Shown: positions 40,693 through 55,360 of the stretch, in pieces
Numbering within the stretch: position 1 is the stretch's first letter
How the letters are laid out: each line of letters opens with the position of its first letter
Assembly: GCF_009914755.1 (NCBI RefSeq)
Contig: NC_060930.1
Origin: the human T2T-CHM13v2.0 reference genome, Homo sapiens
Reading direction: 5' to 3' (one strand)
DNA length: 64,000 nucleotides
Notes under the pieces: generated by a model
Databases searched by the model: none
What the model was told of the DNA's origin: nothing
The model's input: only the letters and a program-made list of their open reading frames with translations
Program-made: the position numbers and the translations under genes

Positions 40693-40995
40693 GGCCAGGC
40701 TGCGTGTGGTGGTTCATGCCTGTAATCCCAGCACTTTGGGAGGCCGGGGCAAGAGGATTGTCTGAGCCCAGGAGCTTGAGACCAGCCTGGGCAACATGGC
40801 AAAACCCCATCTCTACAAAAATACAAAAATTAGCTGGGCATGGTGATGCGGGCCTGAAGTTGCAGCTACTCGGAGGGCGGAGGCGGGAGAATCTCTTGAG
40901 CCCAGGAGGTTGAGGCATCGGTGAGCCATGATTATACCACTGTACTCCAGACTGTGCAATAAAGCAAAGACCCTATCTCAAAAAAAAAAAAGGAA
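40693..40995 (+). mobile_element. AluJ
   Basis: GAGCCCAGGAGCTTGAGACCAGCCTGGGCAAC. Perfect TSD AAATTAATACCAG at 40681-40693 and 40996-41008. Confidence 0.93.
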
Positions 40996-41277
40996 AAATT
41001 AATACCAGCCAAACAAATTTTTCTCAGACAAGGTTTAGTAGGCTTGTGGCTTGAGGAGCAGTCACAAGGGAGCAGCATCCAGGAAACGGGTCCCTGTGCT
41101 CTTTCTCTGGAGGGCTTCACTCTTGTAATTTTCAGGAAGTTGAGGCGGGGAAAGGAGCAACATATAGGCAGGTAGAGGTGGGGAACTTTTCACACCGGTG
41201 CAGTTCATGAGCCACGTGTCTCATTAGCCTGTTAAATCTCCACCCTTGGGTCTGATTTTGAGTATTATAACAAGATA

Positions 41278-41691
<414 letters not shown>

Positions 41692-41717
41692 TTATCAGGA
41701 GTGCCAGAGTCTCACTA

Positions 41718-42165
41718 TGTTACCAGCTGAGGGTAGTTGTCCAGATTCTTGGCATCTTAAAAGAGTTGGACAAAAAGCACAAACAAAGCAAGGCAGCAAA
41801 AGCAGAGATTTATTTTAAACGAAAGTACGCTGCACAGAGTGGGAGTACTAAGCCAAGTGGCTTAGGCTCGGTTACAGAATTTTCTTGGGTTTAAATACTC
41901 TCTAGAGCTTTCCCCTTGGCTCACTCTATGCAAATGAAGTAGTGCCCCATGACCAGTCTGATTGGTTGTGGGAGGGGAAGAGTAGGTCCGCAACCAGTCT
42001 GATTGGTTGCAGGAGGGGACCAATCAGAGGTACTTTCATTTCCAACAGCCAGTCAGCAACTGCCATGCAGAAAAGGGCGTGGTTGAAAAGGAAGTAGCCC
42101 CTGATATCCAGTCAGCCTGCATCGGCCTTAGGTTCCCTGCTTCCCGACCCTATTCTCCTGTCTCA
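41718..42165 (-). mobile_element. MER51-family solo LTR (short form)
   Basis: Homologous to 12506-13132 (GCACAAACAAAGCAA, GACCAGTCTGATTGGTTG, CCCTATTCTCCTGTCTCA). Confidence 0.85.
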
Positions 42166-42262
42166 GCTTCAGCAACCTGGGAAGAAGTAACTCAAGGAGA
42201 TGAATAGTTAGGTTCTTCCTTATGGTTGGGAATTCTGCTTGGTCAGCTATGTTAGGAGGGGT

Positions 42263-42965
42263 TGTGAGAGTAGATAGCTATCCAGACATGAGCAGGTGGA
42301 GAGGCCCCCTGTGCCCTCCCAGGAATGTCAGGTGACCATCAGGTGATAGTCAGGAAGTTGTTATACTGTCTCTCTAAAATAATAACTGGTCACTACCAGT
42401 GCCAGGGAAAGGCAGTCTCCCAATAGATAGAGGACACCTGAGCTGTTGAGGAGCAGCTTCCTGATGGGATCTCAGGAGTTGGGCAAGTGGGCTCCAGCAT
42501 CCACGCTAAGAGGTAAAATGATGGAGTTTAACTGGTATATAGCCTTCCTCTAGGAACACTCGACTGGTAAGGGAAAAATGCCTCAAATGAGCACTTGCAC
42601 AACGTCAGTAAACACACTATGCATGTGGCCCCTCCCAAGTGCCGGCAGGCCACTGCGTTTGCAGACAGCCCACTCCAAGGAAAAATTAAGGGAGGAGAAA
42701 TGCCAACTTTGGACCATGCCAATGTATAAAACCCCAAGTCAAGGGTGAGACAGTGCTGATGGATCTCTCGAGTTGCCTACTTGACCCTCTTCCAAGTGTC
42801 CTTTACTTCCTTCTGTTCCTGCTCTGAAACTTAATAAACTCTCACTCCTGCTCTAAAAGTTGCCTTGGTCTCTCACTCTGCCTTATGCCCCTTGGTGGAA
42901 TTCTTTCTTCTGAGGAGGAAAGAATCGAGTTGCTGGAGATCTCTATGGGTTAGTTGCTGGTAACG
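42263..42965 (+). mobile_element. MER50 (ERV1) solo LTR
   Basis: TGTGAGAGTAGATAGC...CAGACATGAGCAGG start; TATAAAA at 42725; AATAAA at 42833. Confidence 0.8.
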
Positions 42966-43019
42966 GGAAGCTTTCTGTTACCTGACTTGGATCAGCTTAA
43001 AGGGAGACAAGAAGGTAGG

Positions 43020-43200
43020 GGTGGGAAATTCCTAAGCAGGAAAGCATTCAAGATGTGGCCAGACTGCTTCTAACAACCTATACTTAGATGTGGGAACAAA
43101 GAAATGACTGAAAGTTGGGATTTATAATTAGAAGGGAAGCAGAGTGTAAAAGTTTGGAAGATTTGCACTCTGCCCTCTGCCCATGTGGGAAAGAAACAAA
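43020..43200 (+). mobile_element. MaLR internal fragment (MST/THE1/MLT1-int)
   Basis: GAAATTCCTAAGCAGGAAAGCATTCAAGATGTGGCC resembles the MaLR-int consensus. Confidence 0.65.
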
Positions 43201-43909
43201 AAGCAAGTGCTTTCCAGAAGATGTTCTTTAGAACACACAATGCTTGGGATAATGCCACTTGATAAATAGATCCCAAGGTCAAGTTGGTGCAGGAAATGCA
43301 AATGTCCATCGTGACTCTAAAAAGGAGAAGAGTCCATGGGTTTCCAGAAGGTTTGGGCAACTTTTCACTTGAGCGTCTGGAGAAACTGTGCATACCTTGG
43401 GAAACACCTTTGCAGTGTTCCAGTGGCATGGATGCTCCCTGGCTCGTCTAACAGATGGATCTCCCTAACGATCTGCTGCTCTCCAGAGAGATCAACACAA
43501 GCTAGAAGCAGCTGGAGGGAGGGGCTGCAGAAGTATTAATGATGGGAGGCCAAAAACAGAGTAAGAGGAGCTGTCCAGTTGACTGAGATTCACCTCTGCT
43601 GACTGCCCATTCAGTTGTTCTGTGCTGGGGACCAAACCCTTCAGCTCTCCAAGTGCCAGCTTTCTGCTGTGGCTGAAAAGCACCTGCTTCTTTCTTTCCT
43701 CCTTTGCATTCTTTGGACCACTTAAGGTGGTACTGTGACTGGCATGAATTTTAACATCAACATTTATTTTCATAGCTGGAATATTGGTGGGAGAAAGTAG
43801 GAATTCTTGATAGGGAGAGAAGTTAGAAAATAATTGATGTATTTTGGTACCTCAAGCCTTGAGAAAATGATGCTTTCTAAGACTTTAGTTTTCAGTGTCA
43901 AAGGGAGTT

Positions 43910-44170
43910 TGTTAGTTCATTTAAGCTGCTGTAATGGCAGCAGCATAACATGAGTGGCTTTTGAACAACAGAAATTTGTTTCTCACAGTTCCAGAGGCTG
44001 AGAAGTCCAACACCAAAGCACCAGGAGATTAGGTGTCTGGTGAGGGCTCATTTCTCATAGATGGCACTTTCTACCTGTGCCCTCACGTGGTGGTTGTGGG
44101 GGCCAAGGTAACTCCCTGGGTCCTCTGTTATAAGAGCATTAATCTCATTCATGAGGGCTCTGCCATTTAG
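43910..44170 (-). mobile_element. MLT1/MST LTR fragment
   Basis: AACAACAGAAATTTGTTTCTCACAGTTCCAGAGGCTGAGAAGTCCAA...TCTGGTGAGGGC. Confidence 0.8.
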
Positions 44171-46944
44171 ACCACAGCAGGAAGCTGGCTGAATTTTGCA
44201 AGAGAAAGTTACATAAGATTCATCTCTCAACTATATTGGAAATGTCAGGGTTACCAATGAGGGCAGGTCATTTAGAAAGGATCTGACCTTCTCTTAGACA
44301 TCGAAGCAATAAAAAAAGTTATAGATTTCTCCAATTCCATAAAGGCTTTGTTCTTGGGTCACTTGTACAAAGTGATCATTGCCCCAGTTACTCTCCTGAT
44401 GTCACTATGTACCTTCCAGGTGTTAATTTCAGTAAGTATTTGACTTGTGTTTTTCATGATGCTTAGACTTCTAAAATCCTATGGGTAAAAAGATCTTTAC
44501 ACATGATGGCAGATGGTGCATTGGGCTTGATGTGTTCTTGCACTGTTTGTAGACGTAGCCTTTAAGGTAGATCTAGAAGGATGGGTGGGGCTTCTGCATG
44601 AAGAGGGGAGGAAACAGTGTGAGCAGAGGATGGAGTGTCGCCTGTGGGATGTGTTGGGGGAAACCTGCCTGTGTTTATTTATCTTTCCCTCTTGTCATAA
44701 TTTGAGTGTGGCCTCTGTGCCTTGTAGGAGACAAGGTTAGGACTGTGCAGGGGTGAAGAGGTAAGAGTGTTCAGACAGGGATATTTGCACTAAGCTTTGT
44801 TGTATCTACTTCATCCCCATTCGGTAGGTGTCTTCTATGTTTTAATTCATATCCTAGCGTCATTTTTCATCCATATAGAAATGTACCATATAAAGTGCTT
44901 AAAAGATTGTCTCTACAATCAAATCTGGTTAAATGTGGGAACCTCCAGATGCTACCTTTTCCTTCTTCATCCACTAAATCTGCCTTATATATTGATTGCT
45001 TTTAGGAAGTCAAGTAGCCGTTTCCCGGAATCTTTAGTAAAGATTAACTAGATACTTGATCACCTGCTTTCATATGGGTGTTATGACACACACAGAGTAG
45101 AGCTATTCACAATTTATGGTGTGGTGGGACATAAGTTATGTCTTACATTATTTTCAACCAGCTCTTGGTGCTAAAACCTTTTGTAGATGAGGCTGGTTTG
45201 AAGCAAGAATTGAAGGGAAGGTTCATTTATTCACCACATGCTACTGGTACCTGTTATATTTTAGGTATCGCTAGAGAATGAACAATAATGGTGACCAAAA
45301 ACAAACACGTGTTTACAATGTGATGAGGCAGGCAAGCTTTCATCAAATAGTCACATAAATATAAATTTAACATGGGAAGCAACCTAAATGTCCAATAGGG
45401 AAATGATAAAATAAACTGTCATTTTGTTTTGACTTAATATTAGGTAGCCACTGAAATTGTTTCCAAGAATTGTAAAATGATTTTAATAACACTGGATAGT
45501 TAAAAAAGTTAGATTATAAAAGTACAGAGTATATCTCTCTTTTATAAAAACAAATTCATGTTTGCCAACGTATAGAAAAGTTGGTTATGAACCACAATGA
45601 AGAGTGTTTGTCCCTGGTGATATGATGAGGAAGCACTGAGCATGTTCTCATTGAGTAGTTTTTTTTTAACCAGAATGAAGGCAGATTGTTTCCATTGGCT
45701 GAATTTACAATTAAATGCATTGGATGCATTAAGTGAGGGACTGAAGCTTTAGCATGTATTCTTTTTCTTTTTTTGGTTTGTTTCCTTTTGGTTATAATAG
45801 GGTGGGAAGTAAGGTGAGGGTCCTGGAGGGCTCATCTTCTTGAGTGGGACCCTTGGTGTTCTGGTGACAGCCGTCACACAGAGGGACAGTGGGGCTTGCA
45901 GAGACGTGACCTTTGGGCGCTAATTCCCTTTTATTGCCTGCCTAAGCAGGATTCACTTTCCTCTGTATGGTGTTTATTTTGGTTTTGATTTTGTCTGCTG
46001 TTTTGAGACACAAAAACTTGTGTTCAGAGGGAAAGCTTCAGAAATGCTTCCCGTGATTATTAGAGTTTGATAAGTGAGTATTCCTGGACATCTGATTACC
46101 CTCTTTGTTATTGATCAATGCGTGGATTCTTCTGATTAGTTTCATCATTTCACAGCGATAGCTCCCATCTTCAGTCCTTACCAAAAACAATTGTTTTATT
46201 TGAAAGCTTTCTTTTGGAAGCAACTAATGCATTATTACTTTTATCAATTTAATAACAATTAAATCTGTGTTTTCAGGTTTTAATCATTTTTTTATTAAGC
46301 ATCCATACATTTTGAGGGGAAAATTAATTATTTTGGAAGTACTCATCATATACTCATAGAAATAGATATTGGATATTATAGGGCATATAATTTATTTTTT
46401 AAAAGATGCAAAGATTCTAGATTTTTCTCTGATCTGTAAAATTTTCCCTCTCAAAAAAGTTTTTCTTTGTTTATGCTCCATAATTTATTTATTTTAAAGA
46501 CCGACTGGGTCATTTAAAGTGAGAGAGCTTTGTTGGACGGAGGATAATAGTGCATAAACCTGTCTTTTATGACACCTTGGACTTAACCTTCTTTGTACAA
46601 TAGAGACACTGAGGGTTGGCCTTAGGAAGCCTGGGTTGTTTTTGTATTATGACTCGAGAGATGCTGAAAAAACCTCCTACTGCTTTCCTTGTACCTCAGA
46701 TTATACAATTAGAGACTTAGGCTTTTAAGTCTTGACTTTTGATTATGAGTTTCTGTTAAAATATGACAATTAGGATGTAAAGGAGCTGCCATCCAGAATC
46801 TTACCAAGATTTCTACCACCAACTGAGAGGACAGAATAGAATGACCCAGTGGCGGAAGGACTCATTCCTGCTGGGCCTGAGGGAAGAGCTGGAGGGAAGC
46901 TGGCTTCCTCAAGGACTTTCCAGAGCTGATCCTGGTTCTGTAGT

Positions 46945-47414
46945 TGACAGAGCAGGAGTATTACCATCTTGGACAAGCACTGTCATTTTAAAATTCACCT
47001 TGATCAGAAACCGCCTAAATCCAAAGGGTATCACCCTAATGGCTAAGGTCAGCATGACCATAAACCACAAATAACATCTTCAACCAGAAACGTTCCAAAC
47101 TCCTCCCTGACCAGAGACAATTATAGCCCCAAGATAACCTCCCTCCAGCCGGGAAGATGCCAGCCCCCAAGATAACTTCCCCTCCTCCCAGAGACATTCC
47201 AACCCTGTCCTAAAACTTCTCCCTCACATGGAAACATGCCAAGCTTGTGATAAAGCCCCCTCACCCTAAAACCAGTATGTACTCTTAGTCTGTAAGAGAA
47301 AGCGCTCCTGACTGAAATCAGCCAGAAGCCCCTCTCAGGTTTTATCTAAAGTAAACCGGTCTTTAACTGTCAAGCTGCCATTCGTGTTTCTTTCCTCTTA
47401 TTTTAACTCTTACA
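46945..47414 (+). mobile_element. Solo LTR (MER83/MER84-like; family tentative)
   Basis: TGACAGAGCAGGAG...CTCTTACA with exact flanking GTAGT at 46940-46944 and 47415-47419; internal repeat of CCCCAAGATAAC. Confidence 0.85.
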
Positions 47415-48879
47415 GTAGTGACAAACTCTATTGTGTGGGGCTGTAAAATTATTTAGAAGAGAGAGAATCATGCATATGCATTTCACCTGCTTGAAACTGG
47501 TTGGGAATTTACTTCTGGGATTTTTTTGTTTGTTTTGCTGTATCAATTAATTTATAATCTATTTCACCTTTCTCTTTCCTTACTTGCCAATTACTGGTCT
47601 TTTTAGGGATTGTGGTATTATTGTGGGAAAGAGACTATTTGCTTTTTTTTTTTTTTTTTTTTTTTAACCAAGACGTTGGTTACAATTCCATCCTACTATT
47701 CTGGGAAAATGTGGATCCCCCCACCTTTCAACCATCATCCCTTTATTTTCTCACTTATTGGTCTGCTTCTTGCAAGTTTTTGGAAAATGTCAGTGAAGAA
47801 ACAGTTGAGCCCTTTTGTGAGGTAAATTTCCATTTACCAATGTATGAACAGTACACATACTCTAAGCATAAATATACAATAAACTGTGTTTGAAAAAACT
47901 CAGCTGTTTACTACCACAACTTGATGAAATGAACAATGGACTGAAGCCTTTCCGGGCTTGGCTGGCAGCCCCTGAGTCTCAGTCCCCTTCTAGGAAGAAG
48001 TGCCCCAAGGTCACTGTGTACTTCACACTGTGCAGGGAGAGAGAGTCACATGGCTGTCCACCAAGAACAGATCCCATCCCTCCTCTGTCTCATCCCTGCC
48101 TCCTGAGAGCATCATGTTGAGAGACATGCCATCCCTGCCGCAGGAAAGAGTTTTTAGCAAGCTCTGGCAAACACATCTGGTTCCTTGTACTTCTATGTAC
48201 CTCATGGTGGCAGATTTTGAGAAATTTCACCATTTATCAAAAAAGGCTTTCAGTGTTTAAAACCTTCCTTTTTGGTTTTGTTCGGTCTTTTTAGTTAGGA
48301 GGGAATGGCTGAACATTGCTTGGCTACTCCACAGATGCACGGCAGAGCAGCTCCTTCTGGATCCCTCACCCCCTTGTAAGCTGGGAGCTCTGGTGGGTGC
48401 TTCTCAAATCTACTTTCTTTTCCTGAGTCAAAGGATAGAGGAACTGCTGACATCCTGTGAGCCAGAGCACCTGAAGGAAATCCATTTCCAGCTTGCATAG
48501 CATAGGTAAGGAAATTGCCAAAGCAATGCATCACTAATTTTGCTCCCTGGTGCTAAGTGCACCTAGCGGGCATGCTAAGTACTGCCCCCTCCTGCCATCC
48601 AGTGGCGGCAGGGACTGGCATGGTTCCCAGTGCTTTGCTGCCTGGGCTGCCTGTCTGTGCAGGGGCTGGTTTCAGCTGTGTGCAGCCTCCAAGCTTCAAG
48701 CACAAAGAATCACTTAGTTGCTGAAGAGCAGAAGCCACAAACACTTCTGGTAGTATATCGTAGGGCCCAGTAATCTTCCTACAGCTGAAGCAGCAGGCTC
48801 CTAAACAAGTCTCAGGTAGAATTACTTGCATCCATTATCAAGCTAGCCATGAAAAAATGGTGTACTTGTTTATGAACAT

Positions 48880-49380
48880 GCTTCAATTTATCCTTTTTGA
48901 TGAAAATTTTAAATGATTTTTTTCTATTATTAAGTTTCATAAGGAAGCATGAAAGAGAAATTACCAAATATTTGCAATATATATGATGGATAAATTGATA
49001 AGAAAACAACATGGTAGTAGTAAAATGTCAAGGATAGGCTGTTAACAAAAAGTAAGTACCAAAGTTGAATAAAAAAATTTTAAGCATCACTAATATTATA
49101 AATAAATATGAAAGCATACATTTTTAAGCATCAGATTGGCAGAGATGGAAAATCTCACAATATACCATGTCAGGAAGGAACTGGGAAAAGTACCTTCTCA
49201 TATATTGTTAATGGGGGCATTTATAGGGACAATGTTTATGACAATGTTTGGCAATGTGTGATGACAGTTTAGAATATGCACACTCAATTTCTGACGTAAG
49301 AATTTCTTCTTAACTCATCCTAAGATAAATGGACAAACCCCAAAGGAGACTGGCCCAATATGGCTGAATGCAGCGTTATT
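48880..49380 (+). mobile_element. Ancient L1ME-like fragment
   Basis: CATCAGATTGGCAGAGATGGAAA...TCTCATATATTGTTAATGGG. Confidence 0.55.
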
Positions 49381-50555
49381 TATTTCCTGTGCTGTCAGTG
49401 GAGAGCCTGCTTTGCCTCCTGTTCCCTCTGATGTGCAACTCACTGGATTTAGGGCTTATTCATAGCCCCAGAGCAAGCTCAAGGTACCTGGCTAGTGACT
49501 GAAAGGACATTTCTTCTGTTCTGAGTAGAACAGTCACAGATTCTAGTGCAGGGGCCCTGACACTTGGTGAGGAACATCCACTTTGTCTTTCCCTGAAGCA
49601 AATCATTAACGTCCAGCACACAGCAGTTGTGTCAGCTCTGCAGACAGAGGCTGGCCCATGTGGCTGCTGTCCCCAGGGCTTGGTGTGCCTGCTCCGAGAT
49701 CCACCTACAGGTATTTAGCCAGGGCAGGTCTGGTCTCCCGCCCTGACTGGCACCAGCCAGGATTAGAGACTGAGTGGCCTGGGGCTCCCTCCTGTGTCAC
49801 CTTCGTTAAAGCTTCGAGTTCCAGGAGCAGCAGCCTTCTCCTTCCACCCCCTTCAGGAACACCACTGGAGCCTGGTGGCCATCTGGGTGACCTGATGCCC
49901 TCAGAGCAGCAGGGTTTGCTCCGTCATCATGAATGGCATCTCCATGTGCCAGTGTCATCAGATGGTCATCACAGTGGGTTGTGGGGAGCATGAGGTAGTT
50001 GTGCTGTGGATTTTTTTTTCTAGAGGCAATATTTGGAATTAGAAACCTATTTACATACACTTAGCATTAATTTACATATAATCCTCAAATAACTTCAAAT
50101 ACTCTTCTATTCAACTAATTAGTGCAGCTAACCAGTGTTGTAGCCCACCTCAGCATTAAGGACATTAAACGTGTGAATCACTGAATAGATTTCTAAAACC
50201 ATAATCATGGTAATGGTAAATCAGCTTAGGTCGCTCACCAATGGAGCTGGCAATAGCTGCTCCTTAGGCGTGATTCCTTATGCTGGAGTGATAGCTCAAT
50301 TTACAAATTCCAGGGAAATTGTACCTTCATAACTTTTGGCTGAATCAGCCTTCCCCCTAACAAAAAAGGAAGGAAAAGAAATTAACATTTATTATCTTTC
50401 ATTTTATAGGCCTGTGCTAATGCTAACAGTTATTATTCTACTTTAATTCTGCTATTCAATACAAAATCTACATTGTTTGTCAAATTGGTTTATGAAGAGT
50501 TGAAACATCTAGGAAAGGCTATACTATAGATTTTGGAGATTATGTGAAGCTTGCC

Positions 50556-50918
50556 TGATATGGTTGGGCTGTGTCCCCACCCAAATCTCATCCCTAATTG
50601 TAGCCCATAATCCCCACGTGTCATGGGAGGGACCTGGTGGGAGGTAATTGAATAATGAGGGCAGGTTTTTCCGTGCCGTTCTTGTGATGGTGAATATGTC
50701 TCATGAAATCTGATGGTTTTATAAAAGGAAAGTTCCCCTGCACACACTCTCTTGCCTGCCACCATGTAAGATATACCTTTGCTCCTCCTTTGCCTTCTGC
50801 CATGATCGTGAGGCCTCCCCAGACATGTGAAACTGTGATGCCATTAAACCTCTTTTTCTTTATAAATTACCCAATCTCGGGTATGTCTTTATTAGCACTG
50901 TGAGAACAGACTAATACA
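50556..50918 (+). mobile_element. THE1 (MaLR) solo LTR
   Basis: TGATATGGTTGGGCTGTGTCCCCACCCAAATCTCATC...GAACAGACTAATACA. Exact 5-bp TSD TTGCC at 50551-50555 and 50919-50923. Confidence 0.95.
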
Positions 50919-52639
50919 TTGCCGTTAGGGTTTACAGTGTACCACTGGAGCTGAGTTTATCTTTCCTTCCTTTTCTCCTTGCTTACCCTTTATCCTGGAG
51001 TGAGTAGTCTACCACCTGCCTCACTTGAGAATAGATAGTACAGGAAAGGGGACAGCTTAACCCTCTCTGCCACTGACCCTGTGTTGACTTCCACTTGATG
51101 GGTTCCACTGGACGTTGATATTGTCCTGCACATTATTGAAATGACATGCTGACTACTGGTGTGTACAGATGACTTTCAATACCCTTTGGGGAAATTTTAC
51201 CCCTTCATAGGTTTTTTGGAGAGTAGGAAGACCGGTTGTCAAACAGTAAAAGAGTACCTGCAATTCATGTCATTCTTTGCATTCACCTTAAAATACTGAT
51301 CTTAATAGATTTTTGATAACTAAATGTATACCTTTTGTTTTTGTTGCTTTTAAGTCATTTATTCATTTAGAATCTACATGTTAGCTTTGGTTTATTTTTA
51401 AGGAATTAGGAAAATATTTTAATTTTAGCAAGAGAATGCTCAGTCTCCCTCCTTGTTTACCCTTACCCCCAAAGCACTATTGCCCCTGTTGGTTGAGAAT
51501 GTTGGTCTAGGGAATAATTTTATATTCTTTATAATTTTACGGTTATGCTCTCCCATGAGTTTTAAGCATGAGTGATACAAAGTTAGGGGGTTTTGTTTGT
51601 TTTTTTGTTTTTAACACTAAGACCTTGAAATAGGCTCCTCATTAGCAGTGTCATGTCATGAAAGATGAACAGCTTGAGATTCAGAAGACGCAGGTTCTGG
51701 CTGAGCTCTGTGCCCCTGAGCTCCCATATGATGGGGGCCAATCTCTGCCTCTGTTTCCTAAGCTGATCCCTCTGGTCCATCATGTCTCCGACATCCACTA
51801 AGGCTACATCTTTTCATTGGTGTTACTGTATGGTTTGAAGGAGGACTGATGGCAGCGTATTTATGGTATCTCGGTGACTCCTACCTTAACCCTGTTGACT
51901 TTTAAGATTTCAAGGCAAATTGAGTTAGGAATCTCTTCCTAGCAAGAAGGCCTTGTAAGTAAGAGGTCCTTAAAAATAAAAGAAAAAAACCTAACATGTA
52001 GACTTTTTCTCTGCAGCCCCATGTCCTGGAACCTTCTGCTTTTAACCTGTTAATAATGGAGTTATTTCGTATTGCAGTTTGCCCAGTTTTGTGCCAAAGA
52101 GCTCGTTTTTCATACTCCTTCCCCAGACATGACCTTGTAAATCTTTGCCGGAGGTAAAGGATTAGCGTGGCTGAGCAGTTCGAGGGAGTGAAGTGTCTTA
52201 TCTCTATAACTTTCCAAAGTGGTCCTCTTCTGTGTGGTGGGTAGGTTCTGTGGTATTAGAGTGCTGTGTTTCAGTGATAGTGTAGCCTGCTCGATCTCTA
52301 AAGTCTCTGCTTAGTGTTGTTTCTATATTAAAAAAAAAAAAGAAACTGTGGCTACCAACCAACTTATAAACAAGTTGATTGGAGGCAATCCTTATTTACT
52401 GTGAGGTAAGCCATGTAATAAAATATTTTAAAGCTAATGTAGCATATCAATTTATAAAACAAGCCATGTGCTTTATCTTATTCAGTTTCTCCCAATGTCA
52501 GAGTGATGGTTCACAATTGTGAATGGTGATTGAGATCTGGAATGAATTCACCAGTATTTTTCAATTGTCTTTTTGTTGCCGTGGCATGGTTGATGTGCTT
52601 TCAACCTGTTTTTTTGTTTTGTTTTGTTTTTAATAAAAC

Positions 52640-53460
52640 TTGTGACAACAAATGTATGAGTTTTTAAATTTTTTTTATGTCAACCAATCATCCAAGTCTC
52701 TGGGCACCAACTGAGTGTTCTACAATTCAGTTCAGACACTGTCTGGGGTTAGCCCAGACCCCACAGGCTAAAAACTGTCTCAAGATTACCCGCAGTAGAA
52801 TCTCCAGTTAAATCCCATGTTATCACCTGCAGTTTTGACCAACCAGCTATAAATTGGGGGTCCCCTTGGTCACTTGCTAGAAGGTTTCCCAGAACTCAGG
52901 AAAGCATCGTACTTACTATTAACAGTTTATTATAAAGGATACAACCCAGGAGGAGATACACAGGGTGAAGTGCTCTGGGTGTGATGCCTCCATGCTGTCT
53001 CCTGGCACACTGCTCTCCCAGCACTTTGATGTGTTCACCAGCCAAGATGTTTTCTCAACTCTGTGGTTCAGGAGTTTTGATCGAGCTTTAATTACATCGA
53101 CATGATAGATTACATCATTGGCTATTGGTCATTGCCTTAATTAATCTCCAGCTCCTTTCCCCTTTCTGTTCATGAGGCCCTCAGTTCTTGCTGTGATATT
53201 TCTGGAGACCCTTGTCCATCCTGAAGCTGTCTCATGGGTCACCAAGAGTGGCCTCATGAGAACAAAATATACTCCTAGCTTCCTAGAAATTCTACGGGAT
53301 TTAGGAGTTCTCAATCAGGAACAGGGGACAAACATCAAATTTTAGAACACAGGCTGCTCCTATTATCCCTATCAATCAAGATACCACAGAAATTTTAGGA
53401 GCCCCTTGATGGGAACCTGGGACAGTCAGCAAATATATATATATAGATATTATTATATCA
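52640..53460 (-). mobile_element. MER21C-like LTR
   Basis: ACAATTCAGTTCAGACACTGTCTGGGGTTAGCCCAGACCCCACAGG; TTATTATAAAGGATACAAC; similar to 17546-18294. Confidence 0.7.
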
Positions 53461-54022
53461 GAGTGTAGTATAGTGTTGTCTTCTAAGTCTTATCCATCCT
53501 CACTTTTTTCTTTTGTGATTTCCCTTTCTTTGAACATCTCTGAGACCTACTTCGCCATGTAGGTGTAGCGTATGCTGCTTCTGTGCTGGTGACATCATTT
53601 GGCTCAGTGTTATGTATCCCAAGAGGAAGCTGTGTTTCTTATGCTGGCTCCACGGGTACCCCAGGAACATTGAGGATACTGTGTGGGGTGTTGCCTCCTA
53701 CATGGTATGATATAGGCTAGGAGAATAACTGTAGCGCATCTTCATGGAGTTTTAACCTCACTCAGCTTTGGAGGAAATTAAAATGAATGCAGGAATATTA
53801 TGGAGTAGCAAATGATTCACAAACAGGTGGCATCAGTGAAATTTTATGTTCATTAACAGATACCTTTGGATTATGCATGTTTCCCCAGAGATATATTCGT
53901 TCACTCTTCTCTAATGGGGTAGTTAAAGTTGAGGAGTCAGAATATGTATGTATTTGAGTATGTAGTTTGTAAATTCTACAGGAGTAAATATTACTGTAGT
54001 AGACATTAATTCAATAATTTTT

Positions 54023-54332
<310 letters not shown>

Positions 54333-55139
54333 TTATTCTACATATTTTTTTGAGTCTATTTCTATGATATTTTCAGTATTTTACTTAGATGGGCTTTAAC
54401 AGATTTAATTTTCTCTTTTATTTTGCTTGGCTGTCTTAATCATGGCCTTTTTCATTTTAATGTTACCTCATTCAAAGAGTTTTTGCCTGACTAATGAGTT
54501 GTAGTTTTAAAGTGCTATGTGTTTAGATCTTCATAATGAGAGATTAACCGGAGCCGTGGATCACATCTCTGGGAGCATTCACATGTCCCATGTCCAGCCT
54601 GCCAAGTTATACCCCTTGGGATTCCCTGGCCACAGGGAGGGATTTGAATCACAGTGTTCTGGTGGCTGGGATTTTCTCCTATCTGATCACATAAGTTAAC
54701 TTACCTGGTGTCTTGTTCACATTTGTCTCTAGTTCCCCTGGTGCTATTATTGCCAATAGTGCAATAACAAAGGTTTGATATGAAGATGGACATGTGTAAG
54801 GGAGAGCTGGGGATTAGCCAGCCCAGTTTCACCTCAGCTGGTATTGTTACTGGGTCAGAGTGGGGTTGAGTCTGAAAGGCAGAGCGAGGTCAACACTGAC
54901 AGAATGGGACTAAAAACAATGTGTGGGAAATAATTCAGCATTATCAAAGTGAATTTCAGAGAGCATCAGCTGCTGCTTGGGGCCTGGGGTCACACCTCTA
55001 TAGTCGCTGGTCTTGGAGAGAGGGTTTTACCCCTGAACCTACTGCCCTACTCTGAACCTATTGCCCGACATTGCTGAGATCATTTATGATTTCCAAGAGA
55101 ACTTGAGTGAGGATATGTGCATGGTTTAGTGAATTGGCT

Positions 55140-55360
55140 CCCATTTCCTGAGCCCTAATATGCCATGGCACAGCTGCTCTAGTAGTCACGGTAAATATGT
55201 TATTTCATTGAGTTTTCACAGAAAGTCAATGAAATAGATATTCCTGATCCCCTTTAGTTTCAGACAGGAAACTAAATCCCTGAGAGGTCACATGATTTGC
55301 CCAAGCCTCAGGTTAAATTTGGGAAGTACCAGCGCTGAGATTCAGACCCAGGACTGTGTA
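55140..55360 (-). mobile_element. MIR
   Basis: TTTCAGACAGGAAACTAAATCCCTGAGAGGTCACATGATTTGCCCAAG. Confidence 0.65.
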
